Source: an uncultured delta proteobacterium (GTDB taxonomy: Bacteria > Myxococcota_A > Polyangia > Polyangiales > Polyangiaceae). From it: a DNA stretch of 64,000 nucleotides. Position numbers and translations under genes: made by a program. Position 1 is the first letter of the stretch. Every line of letters begins with the position of its first letter. Where the stretch lies: NCBI GenBank assembly GCA_963782055.1, contig CAWAIF010000003.1, positions 3,296,001-3,360,000 on the forward strand, given 5' to 3'. Under the pieces are notes generated by a model. It saw only the letters and a program-made list of their open reading frames with translations, ran no database searches and had not been told where the DNA came from. Positions 19,473 through 28,723 of the stretch are shown here, one piece after another.

Positions 19473-21056
19473 TCAAGGCTTGCCGGCCCTCTTGAGCAAG
19501 GTCTGGATGTTAGCATCGCCCGGGGCGAGCCGCGCGGCGGTCTCGAGGACCCTCCTCGCGTTCAGCTGGAGGCCGGCCGCCAGGTACACCTGGGCGAGCG
19601 TGGTGTGGTAGGCGGCGCTGTCCGGCGTGAGCTCGATGGCGCGCTGCGCGAGGGAGGCGGCGTCGTGCAGGTTGCCGTCCGCCTTCATCATGCAGAAGGC
19701 GGCGCGCTCGTGCGCGACCGCGTCCTCCGGGGCGGCGCGCGTCACCCGCGACCACGACCGCGCGGCGTCGGCGTAGCGGCCGTTCTTCTCCTCGTACTCG
19801 GCTTGCTTCTGGTACGAGTCCGCCAGCACCTTGTTGGCCTGCGCCTGCGACTCGGTGAGGCCGGCCTTGACCTCCTCGTCCTCCGGGTTGAGCTGCGCGG
19901 CGAGGCGGTACGCGTTGGCGGCGGTCACCGGGTCCCCGCTGGCCATGGCCTGGCGGGCGGCCTCCACGTGATCGCGCGCCATGCGCACCTTCACCTGCGA
20001 GACCCGCAGCTCGTAGTGGCGGCGCAGGGCGTCGGGGTCGGCCTGGGGCTGCGAGGGCGTGCTGGGGGTGCGGGGGGCGGCGGAGGAGCGGCCGCCGAGG
20101 AGCCTGCGGGCCAGCGCGTCGCGGCGCGCCTGCTCGGACAGGTTCACCCCGGAGGACCGCGGAGGGGGGGCGGAGGAGGTCGCGGGCGGCGGGGACGGCG
20201 TCTCGGGTGTGCCCTGCGGCGGCGACGTCGTGCGCGGGGCTGGCTCCTCGGCCCGCGTCATGCCCGCGTGCATGCGCGCCTCGAGCGCGCGCGTCTGCGC
20301 CTGCTCGGCGAGGTAGCCGTCGTACTCCGCCCGGCGCTCCTTGTCGGTCAGCACGTCGTGGGCGTCGGTGATGCGGCCGAAGATGGCCTCCATCTTCACC
20401 TTGAAGGCGCCCATGCGTTTCCGGAAGAAGCGGTCGGGGTGGTAGAGCGCGGCGAGCTCGAAGTACGCCTTCTTGATGGCCTTCTTGGGCGCCCCGGTCT
20501 CCACCCCGAGCATCTCGTAGTGATCGAGCTCTCCCAGCCTGTAAAAGAGGTCCAGCACCTTGCGGCGGTGGTCCATCTCCATGTCCACGTCCTCGTCCAG
20601 CTCGGAGGGATCGTAGAGGCCGAGCGGGGGCTTGGGCATGCCGTCGGCCTGGACCTCGGAGATCTCCTGGATCGGGCGGGGTGGGATGGACGGGCTGCGC
20701 TTGCCGTTGTTCTCCGCCGGTGCGCGCGGGGCAGCCGGCGGCTCGCCGTAGGCGACAAGGCCCAGCTCCACCAGCTTGCCGAGCGACGCGCGCACGGCGT
20801 CCTCGGGCAGGCCGGTCAGCTGGATGATGTCGCGGTCGGAGATGGTACCGTCGATGCGCGACAGCACGAACCCGTCCACCGGAGCCAGCGGGTAGGCTTG
20901 CAGCGTCTTGCCCGCGGGCAAGGGCAAGAGCTTGGGAGTGCGCGGTGTTTCGGCGGACAACGGCGGGGCTCCGTTCGGGGCTCTGGCTCGGGGGAGTTGG
21001 TCGAGAGGCCCGACCCCCTTCCGGCGCAGTGTACTCAAGCCCGGGCGCGCCGGCAC
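19473..21056 (-). CDS. J-domain co-chaperone with N-terminal winged-helix-like domain and C-terminal TPRs (start uncertain)
   Basis: DHYEMLGV...IKKAYFELAALYHPDR (HPD motif)...ITDAHDVLTD..RRAEYD; C-terminal TPRs; directly upstream of dnaK. Confidence 0.85.
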   Translation of the reverse strand: MPARPGLSTLRRKGVGPLDQLPRARAPNGAPPLSAETPRTPKLLPLPAGKTLQAYPLAPVDGFVLSRIDGTISDRDIIQLTGLPEDAVRASLGKLVELGLVAYGEPPAAPRAPAENNGKRSPSIPPRPIQEISEVQADGMPKPPLGLYDPSELDEDVDMEMDHRRKVLDLFYRLGELDHYEMLGVETGAPKKAIKKAYFELAALYHPDRFFRKRMGAFKVKMEAIFGRITDAHDVLTDKERRAEYDGYLAEQAQTRALEARMHAGMTRAEEPAPRTTSPPQGTPETPSPPPATSSAPPPRSSGVNLSEQARRDALARRLLGGRSSAAPRTPSTPSQPQADPDALRRHYELRVSQVKVRMARDHVEAARQAMASGDPVTAANAYRLAAQLNPEDEEVKAGLTESQAQANKVLADSYQKQAEYEEKNGRYADAARSWSRVTRAAPEDAVAHERAAFCMMKADGNLHDAASLAQRAIELTPDSAAYHTTLAQVYLAAGLQLNARRVLETAARLAPGDANIQTLLKRAGKP

Positions 21057-21102
21057 AGTGATTGAAGCGGGTGAAATCGGGGGCGGCCCGCCGGTGGGCC
21101 GT

Positions 21103-22026
21103 TCAGCCGAAGCGGCGGTGCATCCAGGGCCACATCTCGGGCGCGGTGCGAATGCGGCGTCCCAGCTCCGCGTTGATGCGGGCGGTGAGGGCGAGCGCCT
21201 CCTCAGGCTCGGCGCCAGCGCCGGTGCGATCGAGGCGGGTGGCGGTGACGGCGAGCGCTCCCGCCTCTGTGCGCTCCACCGTGCAGACCACCACAGGCGC
21301 GCCGGTGCGGAGCGCGATGCGCGCCGGGCCGACGGCCGTGCGGGCGGGCTGGCCGAGGAAGGGGACCGGGGCCGACGGGACGCGCGAGGCGAGATCCATC
21401 GGCGCGCCCAGCACGCGCCCGCGGCGGAGCGCCCGCAGAATTCGCGCGGGAGCGGCCGGCGCGCCGCGGGGGATCGTCTCCACCCCGGACCCGCCGCGCA
21501 GGCGGGCGGTGAGCGCGTCGAAGCGCGGGTCGTAGCTCGCCCGCACCATCGTCGTGAGCGGGACGTCGTGCGCGACCAGCGTGGCGGCGAGCCGCTCCCA
21601 CGGCCCGAGGTGGGCGGAGGGCAGGACCACGCCCCGTCCCTCGGCCAGCGCCTCGGAGAGCAGCCGACGGGACGCCTCGGGAAAGGGGAGGGGCTCGAAG
21701 CCGCCGTGCAGCGCCGCCACCGTCTCCCCCAGCAAGCCGCCGAGGGTGACGAACGCCGCGCGGGCGAGCGCCTCCCGCTCGCTCCGCGACAGCCTCGGAT
21801 ACGCCAGCTTCAGGTTCGCCAGGGCGATGGCGCGCTCCCGGCGAAGGACGCCATGGAGGAGGCGGCCAAGTCCGCGGCCGAGGGCGGCCGCTGCCCGGCG
21901 GGGCAGGGGGCGAGCCGCGGTGAGCGCGAGCACGGCGAGGGCGTAGATGGCGTCGTTCTTCGCCCGCTGGGAGGGGGTCCACTCTCCGCCTTCGCGGACG
22001 TCGCGCAGAGCGAGCACCTCGCTCAC
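21103..22026 (-). CDS. Lipid A/lysophospholipid acyltransferase (LpxL/HtrB family)
   Basis: IALANLKLAYP, HLGPWE, VPFLGQPA, PEMWPWMHRRF; GTG overlaps the upstream TGA. Confidence 0.8.
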   Translation of the reverse strand: MSEVLALRDVREGGEWTPSQRAKNDAIYALAVLALTAARPLPRRAAAALGRGLGRLLHGVLRRERAIALANLKLAYPRLSRSEREALARAAFVTLGGLLGETVAALHGGFEPLPFPEASRRLLSEALAEGRGVVLPSAHLGPWERLAATLVAHDVPLTTMVRASYDPRFDALTARLRGGSGVETIPRGAPAAPARILRALRRGRVLGAPMDLASRVPSAPVPFLGQPARTAVGPARIALRTGAPVVVCTVERTEAGALAVTATRLDRTGAGAEPEEALALTARINAELGRRIRTAPEMWPWMHRRFG

Positions 22027-22466
22027 CGGGTGCATCCCCCGCAGGAGCTGTCGACGCGGCTCCGGGCGGCGTCCACGCGGGCCCGCGCGTCGCTGCAGTC
22101 CGCGCCGGAGTCCAGCCGGCAGAGGTGCTCCGCGGCGCGCTCCATCGACGCCAGCGCCCGGCACGCCGTGGCGCAGTCCCCGAGGCTCGCGGCGACCTGC
22201 GCCTCGGCGCGCTGCAGTTCCACGCGCGCGCCGGCCCGCTCGTCCGGCGGCCTGGCGTAGCTGCCGCCGCTGGATGTCGGCGCGACGCTCGGGTGCATGG
22301 TGGAGGGAGCCGCGCCCCCGGCGCCGTTGTCGGCGGGCGCCGCCTCGGAGGGCGCTCCCGGACTCATGGCCGGCGCCTCCGCGGGCCTCTCCGCCGGGGC
22401 GGCCCCGCCGCACGCCGCGATCCCCACCGCCAGGGCGATTGCCCACGCCCAAGATGCCCTGCTCAC
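22023..22466 (-). CDS. Small Cys-rich lipoprotein
   Basis: Lipobox IAAC; CATACRALASMERAAEHLC...C...CGGC; overlaps both neighbouring genes. Confidence 0.65.
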   Translation of the reverse strand: MSRASWAWAIALAVGIAACGGAAPAERPAEAPAMSPGAPSEAAPADNGAGGAAPSTMHPSVAPTSSGGSYARPPDERAGARVELQRAEAQVAASLGDCATACRALASMERAAEHLCRLDSGADCSDARARVDAARSRVDSSCGGCTR

Positions 22467-23035
22467 TCGGCGCCTCCGTCTCCCAGCGTCTTGCCGATCA
22501 CGCGCTCCTGGATATCGACTGCCTGGCGCAGCAGCTGCTTGGCGTGCGCCTTCGCCTTCTCGGCCTCGTCGCTCTTGCCCGCGTCGGCGAGCTCCGCGGT
22601 GCGGGCCTCCTCCACGATGCCGTAGACCTCCAGCAGGTGGCCGCGGAAGTAGGTCGGCTCCGTGGCGTGCTCCAGGCCGGCCTGCACGTCCTTGGAGGCG
22701 CCGCTCACGTCGTTCTTCTTGAGGCGGAGGTCCGCCATGCGGGCGTAGGTATCGGCCAGCACCTCCTCCACCTCCGGCACCTTCTCGTCCGGGTGCGGGC
22801 GCGGCGCGGCGACGAGCTGGCCGAGGGCGGCGATCGCGCCATCCAGGTCGCCGCTCGACTCGTCCAGGTTGGCCTCGTGGTGGCGCGCGCGCGCCATGGA
22901 GAGGAAGGCGAGCAGGTCCACGTCCACCACCGCGGCGTCATCGCCGGAGATGGTGTCGTGCGGAGGGTTGCAGCCCACGGCGAGGCCGCACGTGGCGACG
23001 ACGAGCAGCGCGGCGAGGGCGGCGCGCGCCTTCAC
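22463..23035 (-). CDS. Helical (TPR-like) lipoprotein, hypothetical
   Basis: Lipobox-like LAVGC; GTGA overlap with the upstream gene. Confidence 0.6.
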   Translation of the reverse strand: MKARAALAALLVVATCGLAVGCNPPHDTISGDDAAVVDVDLLAFLSMARARHHEANLDESSGDLDGAIAALGQLVAAPRPHPDEKVPEVEEVLADTYARMADLRLKKNDVSGASKDVQAGLEHATEPTYFRGHLLEVYGIVEEARTAELADAGKSDEAEKAKAHAKQLLRQAVDIQERVIGKTLGDGGAE

Positions 23036-23550
23036 TTCACACCCCATCGCACGAACTGGTTCTCGCGCAGGTCGCTCGCGCGGGCCAGGGCGATCGTGTC
23101 GACGCGCGCGCTGGTGTTGCCGCGCTCGAAGGGCTCGTGGAAGAGCGGCTGGGTGGAGCGCACGTGGAGCAGCGCCTGGCCGGCGGGCGTCGTGCCCTGG
23201 GGCGAGCGGCCGATGAAGAAGAGCGCGGCGGCGGCCACCGCCAGGACGGAGGCGACGCCGAAGGAGACGCGGATGACCACGCCGCGGCGCCGGCGGCGAG
23301 CGCCGTCGAACTGGGTGAGGGCCTGCGCCACGATGCGGTCGTGCTCCCCGGGCTCGAGCGGCCGCGGCGCGTGGGCCTGGGCCAGCGCGCGGGCCACCTC
23401 CGCCCCCTCGTGCGGGCGGTCGGGGTCCTCCAGCGCGTCGCGCAGGCTCGACGCCTCGCGCAGCTCCTCCTCCGAGATGGGCGCGTCGGGGTCGAGCGCG
23501 GGATCGGAGCGCGGGGCCTCGGGCTGGGCGACGGGCTTCTTCTCATCCAT
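23032..23550 (-). CDS. Putative single-pass anti-sigma factor
   Basis: Overlaps the ECF sigma 3' end; single TM helix VLAVAAAALFFI. Function inferred from position. Confidence 0.55.
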   Translation of the reverse strand: MDEKKPVAQPEAPRSDPALDPDAPISEEELREASSLRDALEDPDRPHEGAEVARALAQAHAPRPLEPGEHDRIVAQALTQFDGARRRRRGVVIRVSFGVASVLAVAAAALFFIGRSPQGTTPAGQALLHVRSTQPLFHEPFERGNTSARVDTIALARASDLRENQFVRWGVK

Positions 23551-24193
23551 CGCTCACCTCCTTCTTCTCCAGGGCCTTCTTGAGCGCGGCGATCGCCCGA
23601 TGAAGTAGCACGTCGAAGGTCGCCGGGGTCACCTCCAGCGTGGCCGCCACCTCCTCGCGGGGCATCTCCTCCAGCACCCGCATGCGGATGGCCCGGGCGT
23701 AGCGCGGGTGGATGCGGCCCAGGGCATCCTCCACCTTGGCGCGGGCGGCGTCACGATCGCGGCGGTCGGAGAGCGCCTGGTCGATGGGGGTCTGCGTGCT
23801 GGTCGCGTCGAGCTCCCGCTCCAGGTCCTCCGCCTCGAAGAGCAGCGTGCGCTTGCGCGCGCGCAAGGCGTCGATGGCCACGCGCAGCGCGACCGTGCGC
23901 AGCCAGGGGTAGAAGCCCACGTTCTGCCAGGTGAAGCGGTCGATGCGCTCCACCACCTTGGCGTAGGTCTCGGCGAGGGCGTCGCGCGCCGCCGCGTCGG
24001 AGCCCAGACGCGGCAAGAGGACGTGCACGTAGAGGCTGCGCCCGTGGCGGTGCAGCAGCTCGCCCATCGCCGTGCGGTCCCCCGCCTGCGCACGCGCCAC
24101 GAGGGCGCGCTCCAGCTCGAGGTCGTCCCGCCGGTCCTCCGCCACGGAGGCGACGATACTCGACCAGGGCGGGAGGACCGATACGACGTTCAT
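23543..24193 (-). CDS. ECF RNA polymerase sigma factor
   Basis: LVARAQAGDRTAMGEL, FYPWLRTVA (region 2), region-4 HTH REEVAATLEVT...LHRAIAALKK. Confidence 0.88.
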   Translation of the reverse strand: MNVVSVLPPWSSIVASVAEDRRDDLELERALVARAQAGDRTAMGELLHRHGRSLYVHVLLPRLGSDAAARDALAETYAKVVERIDRFTWQNVGFYPWLRTVALRVAIDALRARKRTLLFEAEDLERELDATSTQTPIDQALSDRRDRDAARAKVEDALGRIHPRYARAIRMRVLEEMPREEVAATLEVTPATFDVLLHRAIAALKKALEKKEVSDG

Positions 24194-24471
24194 GCGTTTC
24201 CTGGAGAACGCCCACAGAGCCGCGAGCTTACAGGCCGGCTGCGAGGCAGCGGATCCGGCCAGTCGAAGGGTGGAGGTGGGGGATCAGCTGTCGCCGGCAA
24301 CCTGCCGGAATAACAGGACTCCCTCCTGTGCCCCCCCACGCGCCCGCCTCCCCGCCCGTCGGAGTGCAAGCGTGCTAGCACTCCGACGTTTCGCCGGTGG
24401 CCGTGGGGAGCCTCCCCCCGAGCAGGCGGGGCGGCCGGGAGCGTTGACGCGGAGCCCCGTCTGCCCCGACA

Positions 24472-24930
24472 ATGGCGCCCCCCATGGAGTCCGTGCTGCT
24501 TGCGCCGGGCGCCGAGGAGAACGGGCTGGCCGTCATGCTCGCCGACCTCGTGCGACAAAATCTGGACGCGAAGCCTCACAAGAAGCTGGACTTCGACGCC
24601 ATCGACGGCGCCATCGCCATCGTCGCCGACGACGCCGAGGTGGCCCTCACCCTGCGCTTCCACGGCGGCAAGCTCACCCTCTTCGACGGCATCGTCGGCA
24701 TCCCCGACGTCACCGTCCGCGCCTCCTCCGAGGTCATTCTCGCCCTCTCCAACATGCCCGTCTCCCGAAGGCTGGGCTTGCCGATCCCCGGCTGGGGTGA
24801 CAAGGAGGGCGCCAAGGTGGTCGGAGACGTCTTCCGGGCCATGCGTGGCGGCAGCTTCCACGTCTACGGAGGCGCCCTCCACATGGGAATGATGATGAAG
24901 CTGACGCGCGTCATGTCGGTCAACGGGTAG
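24472..24930 (+). CDS. SCP2 sterol-carrier-like hypothetical protein
   Basis: TLRFHGGKLTLFDG..PDVTVRAS and AMRGGSFHVYG resemble the SCP2 fold pattern. Confidence 0.5.
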   Translation: MAPPMESVLLAPGAEENGLAVMLADLVRQNLDAKPHKKLDFDAIDGAIAIVADDAEVALTLRFHGGKLTLFDGIVGIPDVTVRASSEVILALSNMPVSRRLGLPIPGWGDKEGAKVVGDVFRAMRGGSFHVYGGALHMGMMMKLTRVMSVNG

Positions 24931-24956
24931 CGGAGACGTCGGAGAAGGCAGACCGC

Positions 24957-25967
24957 ATGTCCATCGTCCGCGAGCTCTATTCCGGCCGGGCCGTCGTGCT
25001 GGCGCCCATGGAGGACGTCACCGACGTCGTCTTCCGGCGCCTCGCGCGCTCGCTGGGCGCCGACGTGTGCTTCACCGAGTTCGTCAACGTGGAGGGGCTG
25101 CTCCGAGGCTGCCGCAACGCCCGCCGCAAGATGCGCCTCGGGCCGGAGGATCAGCCCACGGTCGTCCAGATCTACGGCTCCAACCCGGAGCGCCTCGCCG
25201 AGGCTGCCGCGGTGGCCGAGGAAGCCGGCCCCGCCTTCCTGGACGTCAACTGCGGCTGCTGGGTCCCCAAGATCGCCGGCCGCGGCGCCGGCGCCGGCTG
25301 GCTCCGCGACCCGGAGGCGATGGTGGCCATGGCGGCGATGGTGGTGAAGCGCTCCTCGCTGCCGGTCACCGTCAAGACGCGCATCGGCTACGGCCCGGAG
25401 TCCACGATGCCCATCGTCGACCTGGCGCGCCGGCTTGAGGACGTGGGCGTCGCCGCGCTCACCATCCACTGCCGCACGGCCCAGATGGGGCACTCCGGGG
25501 CCGCCGATTGGTCCTGGGCCCGCAAGGCGCGCGAGGTCGTCTCCATGCCGGTGCTCCTCAACGGGGACGTGAAGAGCGCCGAGGACGCGCGGCGTGCCCT
25601 GGAGGAGACGGGCTGCGCCGGGGTGATGGTGGGCCGCCGGGCCATCGAGCACCCGTGGATCTTCCGGGAAGCCCGCGCCCTGCTGGACCACGGCGTGACC
25701 CTGCCCCCGCCCACCGCCGCAGAGCGGATGGAGACCTGCCGCACCCACCTGCGGGCCAACGTGGCCCAGCGCGGCGAGCCGCACGGGGTCCGCTGCACGC
25801 GCCGCCACCTCAGCGGCTACCTGCGGGGTCTGCGCGGGGCGGCCCTGCTCCGCCAGCGCCTGCTGACATGCGACTCCCTGGCCGGGTGCCTGGAGATCCT
25901 CGATGCCCACGAGGCCGCGCTGGAGACGGAGACGGCGCCTCTGCCGGAAGTGGCCGTCTCGGCTTGA
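24957..25967 (+). CDS. dusB: tRNA-dihydrouridine synthase (DusB-like)
   Basis: LAPMEDVTD, VQIYGS, DVNCGC, VTVKTRIG, LNGDV, GVMVGR. Confidence 0.88.
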   Translation: MSIVRELYSGRAVVLAPMEDVTDVVFRRLARSLGADVCFTEFVNVEGLLRGCRNARRKMRLGPEDQPTVVQIYGSNPERLAEAAAVAEEAGPAFLDVNCGCWVPKIAGRGAGAGWLRDPEAMVAMAAMVVKRSSLPVTVKTRIGYGPESTMPIVDLARRLEDVGVAALTIHCRTAQMGHSGAADWSWARKAREVVSMPVLLNGDVKSAEDARRALEETGCAGVMVGRRAIEHPWIFREARALLDHGVTLPPPTAAERMETCRTHLRANVAQRGEPHGVRCTRRHLSGYLRGLRGAALLRQRLLTCDSLAGCLEILDAHEAALETETAPLPEVAVSA

Positions 25968-25992
25968 CGAAGGCGGGGGTGCCCACTAGGGT
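25964..25992 (+). promoter_or_regulatory. Candidate sigma70 promoter for the rpsP operon
   Basis: TTGACG-N17-TAGGGT. Confidence 0.45.
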
Positions 25993-26074
25993 GCGCGGCC
26001 CCGGCCTGCCGAGTAGCGCGCGACGTGCGCGATGCTACCTTTCCCGGGTCGCCCCCGATAGGAACCGCTCCGCA

Positions 26075-26326
26075 ATGGTCACCATCCGTCTCGCCCGCAC
26101 AGGCACCAAGAAGCGCCCGTTCTACCGCCTGATCGTCACCGATTCGCGCAGCCCGCGCGGTGGCCGCTTCCTGGAGAACATCGGCACCTTCAATCCCTCC
26201 AAGGAGGGCACCTTCCGCTTCGACGCGGAGCGCCTCTCCTTCTGGACCAGCAAGGGCGCCAAGCCCTCCGAGACGGTGACGCGCCTGCTGAAGCGTTCGG
26301 CCAAGGCTGCGGCCGCGAAGGGTTGA
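26075..26326 (+). CDS. rpsP: 30S ribosomal protein S16
   Basis: MVTIRLARTGTKKRPFYRLIVTDSRSPRGGRFLENIGTFNP. Confidence 0.97.
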   Translation: MVTIRLARTGTKKRPFYRLIVTDSRSPRGGRFLENIGTFNPSKEGTFRFDAERLSFWTSKGAKPSETVTRLLKRSAKAAAAKG

Positions 26327-26361
26327 GCGAGCCCGTGCCTCCCACATCGGAGGTGTCCCTC

Positions 26362-26599
26362 ATGTCCCTCAAAGATTCTGATCCGCACCATCGCGATGGA
26401 GCTCGTCGACTTCCCCGACAAGGTGGAGGTCCGCGAGATCGCGACGGAGAACAACAGCGTGATCGAGCTGCGGGTGGCGAAGGAAGACATCGGCAAGGTC
26501 ATCGGCAAGGAAGGGCGCACCGCCCAGTCCATGCGCACCATCCTGGCGGCGGTCTCGACGAAGCTCGGGCGGCGCGCCCACCTCGACATCGTCGACTAG
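26362..26599 (+). CDS. khpA: KH-domain RNA-binding protein KhpA (apparent +1 frameshift at 26376-26377)
   Basis: [10 protein letters not shown]...[18 protein letters not shown]; the SD-led ATG 26362 joins this frame only if one T is removed. Confidence 0.85.
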
Positions 26600-27117
26600 T
26601 GCTGGCACCCGACGTCTGGGTGCCGCTGGCCGCGGTCGCGCGCCCGCACGGGGTACGCGGCGAGGTGCGGCTGCGCCTGTACAACGAGGACAGCGACCTC
26701 CTGCTGGAACGCGAGGAGGTGCTGGTGCGCCTGCCCGACGGCGAGGCGCACGAGGTCTCGGTGGACTTCGCGCGGCGCGCCAACGACGCCATCCTGATGA
26801 AGCTGCACTCCGTCGACGATCGCGACCGCGCCGGCGAGCTGCGCGGCGCGGAGGTGTGCGTGCGTCGCCGCGACTTCCCCGCCCTGGAGGAGGGGGAGTT
26901 CTATGCGTGCGACGTGGAGGGGGCGACGGTCCGCGTGAAGGGCCGCGACGAGCCGATCGGCAAGGTCGTGCGCATGGTGGAGTACCCCACGATGGGGGCG
27001 CTGGTGGTGGACGCCGGCGGCAAGCAGCTGGACGTGCCGCTGGTGGACGCCTTCGTCGAGAGCGTGGACGTGGACGCCGGCGTGGTCACGCTGGTCACTC
27101 TGGAAGGCCTGGAGTGA
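26599..27117 (+). CDS. rimM: Ribosome maturation factor RimM
   Basis: [32 protein letters not shown]; between khpA and trmD. Confidence 0.92.
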   Translation: MLAPDVWVPLAAVARPHGVRGEVRLRLYNEDSDLLLEREEVLVRLPDGEAHEVSVDFARRANDAILMKLHSVDDRDRAGELRGAEVCVRRRDFPALEEGEFYACDVEGATVRVKGRDEPIGKVVRMVEYPTMGALVVDAGGKQLDVPLVDAFVESVDVDAGVVTLVTLEGLE

Positions 27118-27815
27118 CTGTGCGCGCGGAGGTCGTCACCCTCTTTCCGGAGCTCTTCGACGCCTTCCTGGTCACGAGCTTCGTCGGTCGCGCGGTGACG
27201 GGCGGCCAGCTGACGGTGCGGCGGCGCTCCCCGCGCGACTTCGGCCTGGGCAAGCACAAGAGCGTCGACGACACGCCCTACGGCGGCGGCTCGGGCATGG
27301 TGATGCGCGTCGACGTGCTGGCGGCGTGCATGGACTCGCTGGGCGACGAGACGCCGCCCGCGCACCGCGTGCTGCTCACGCCGCAGGGCAAGCCGCTGGA
27401 TCAGGCGAAGCTCATCGAGCTCGCCGGCCGGGAGGCGGTGATGCTGGTCTGCGGCCGCTACGAGGGCTTCGACGAGCGGGTGCGATCCCTGGTGCAGGAG
27501 GAGATCTCCCTCGGCGACTTCGTGATGACGGGCGGCGAGGTCGCGGCGATGGCCATCCTGGAGGGCATCGCGCGTCTGCTGCCGGGCGTGCTGGGCAACG
27601 AGGACTCGACGCGCGAGGAGTCGCACAGCCCGGGCAACGAGCACCTGCTGGAGTACCCGCACTACACGCGTCCGGCGGAGTTCCGCGGCGAGCGCGTGCC
27701 CGACGTGCTGCTCTCCGGCAACCACGCGGGGATCGCCGCGTGGCGGCGGGAGCAGGCGCGCCTGCGGACGGAGGCGCGCCGGCCGGACCTCGCCGCGCGG
27801 AAGAAGGGCTCGTGA
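27114..27815 (+). CDS. trmD: tRNA (guanine37-N1)-methyltransferase
   Basis: [54 protein letters not shown]. Confidence 0.97.
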   Translation: MTVRAEVVTLFPELFDAFLVTSFVGRAVTGGQLTVRRRSPRDFGLGKHKSVDDTPYGGGSGMVMRVDVLAACMDSLGDETPPAHRVLLTPQGKPLDQAKLIELAGREAVMLVCGRYEGFDERVRSLVQEEISLGDFVMTGGEVAAMAILEGIARLLPGVLGNEDSTREESHSPGNEHLLEYPHYTRPAEFRGERVPDVLLSGNHAGIAAWRREQARLRTEARRPDLAARKKGS

Positions 27816-28372
27816 GGACGCTCTCCATCGCGCTGGTCCACCACCCGGTGCTGGACGGGCAGGGCGCGGTGGTCACGAGCGCCATCACCAACCTGGACAT
27901 CCACGACCTGGCGCGGAGCGCGCGCACCTTCGGCGTGGCGCGCTACTACCTGGTGCACCCCATCACCGCGCAGCGCGATCTGGTGGCGCGCATCTGCGAT
28001 CACTGGGAGCACGGGTCGAGCGGCAAGCGCATCCCCGCGCGCAAGGAGGCGCTGGCGCTCGCCGAGACGGTGCCCTCGCTGGAGGAGCTGTACGATCGCA
28101 TGGGCGGGCGCGAGGCGATCGAGGTGTGGAGCACCGCCGCCCGCTCGGCGCCCGGGGTGCTGCCTGCCGCGGGAGCCCGCGCGCGGCTGGAAGGCGAGGG
28201 CAAGCCGGTGCTGCTGCTCTTCGGGACTGCGTGGGGCCTGCCCGCGAGCGTGCTCGAGGGCGCGGACGCGCGGCTCGCGCCGGTGCTCGCCGAGAGGGAC
28301 GCGGGATACAACCACCTGAGCGTCCGCGCGGCGTGCGCCATCCTCCTGGACCGCCTGCTCGGGGAGCGCTGA
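27812..28372 (+). CDS. SPOUT-class RNA methyltransferase (trmD-associated, DUF2168-like)
   Basis: [40 protein letters not shown]. Confidence 0.85.
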   Translation: MRTLSIALVHHPVLDGQGAVVTSAITNLDIHDLARSARTFGVARYYLVHPITAQRDLVARICDHWEHGSSGKRIPARKEALALAETVPSLEELYDRMGGREAIEVWSTAARSAPGVLPAAGARARLEGEGKPVLLLFGTAWGLPASVLEGADARLAPVLAERDAGYNHLSVRAACAILLDRLLGER

Positions 28373-28721
28373 GGTCCGGCCGGAGGCCGGCCGACGGCCC
28401 GAAGGGCGCACGGACCTGAGGTCCGGCCGGAGGCCGGCCGACGGCCCGAAGGGCGCATGACCTGAGGTCCGGCCGGAGGCCGGCCGACGGCCCGAAGGGC
28501 GCACGGACCTGAGGTCCGGCCGGAGGCCGGCCGACGGCCCGAAGGGCGCATGGACCTGAGGTCCGGCCGGAGGCCGGCCGACGGCCCGAAGGGCGCACGG
28601 ACCTGAGGTCCGGCTGGAGGCCGGCCGACGGCCCGAAGGGCGCACGGACCTGAGGTCCGGCCGGAGGCCGGCCGACGGCCCGAAGGGCGCACGGACCCCA
28701 GGTCCGGCCAGAGGCCGGCCG
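28369..28721. repeat. Tandem array of a 47-bp palindromic unit (7 full copies plus 1 partial degenerate copy), no spacers
   Basis: Unit ctgaggtccggccggaggccggccgacggcccgaagggcgcacggac starts at 28369, 28416, 28462, 28509, 28556, 28603, 28650 and (partial) 28697. Confidence 0.95.
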
Positions 28722-28723
28722 CG

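Noticed and set aside
27776..27792. Inverted partial match to the repeat unit at the trmD 3' end
   Set aside because: It encodes the conserved TrmD RRPDL ending, so the match is explained by coding constraint.
28369..28721. CRISPR array
   Set aside because: Units are head-to-tail with no unique spacers, and no cas genes are present in the window.
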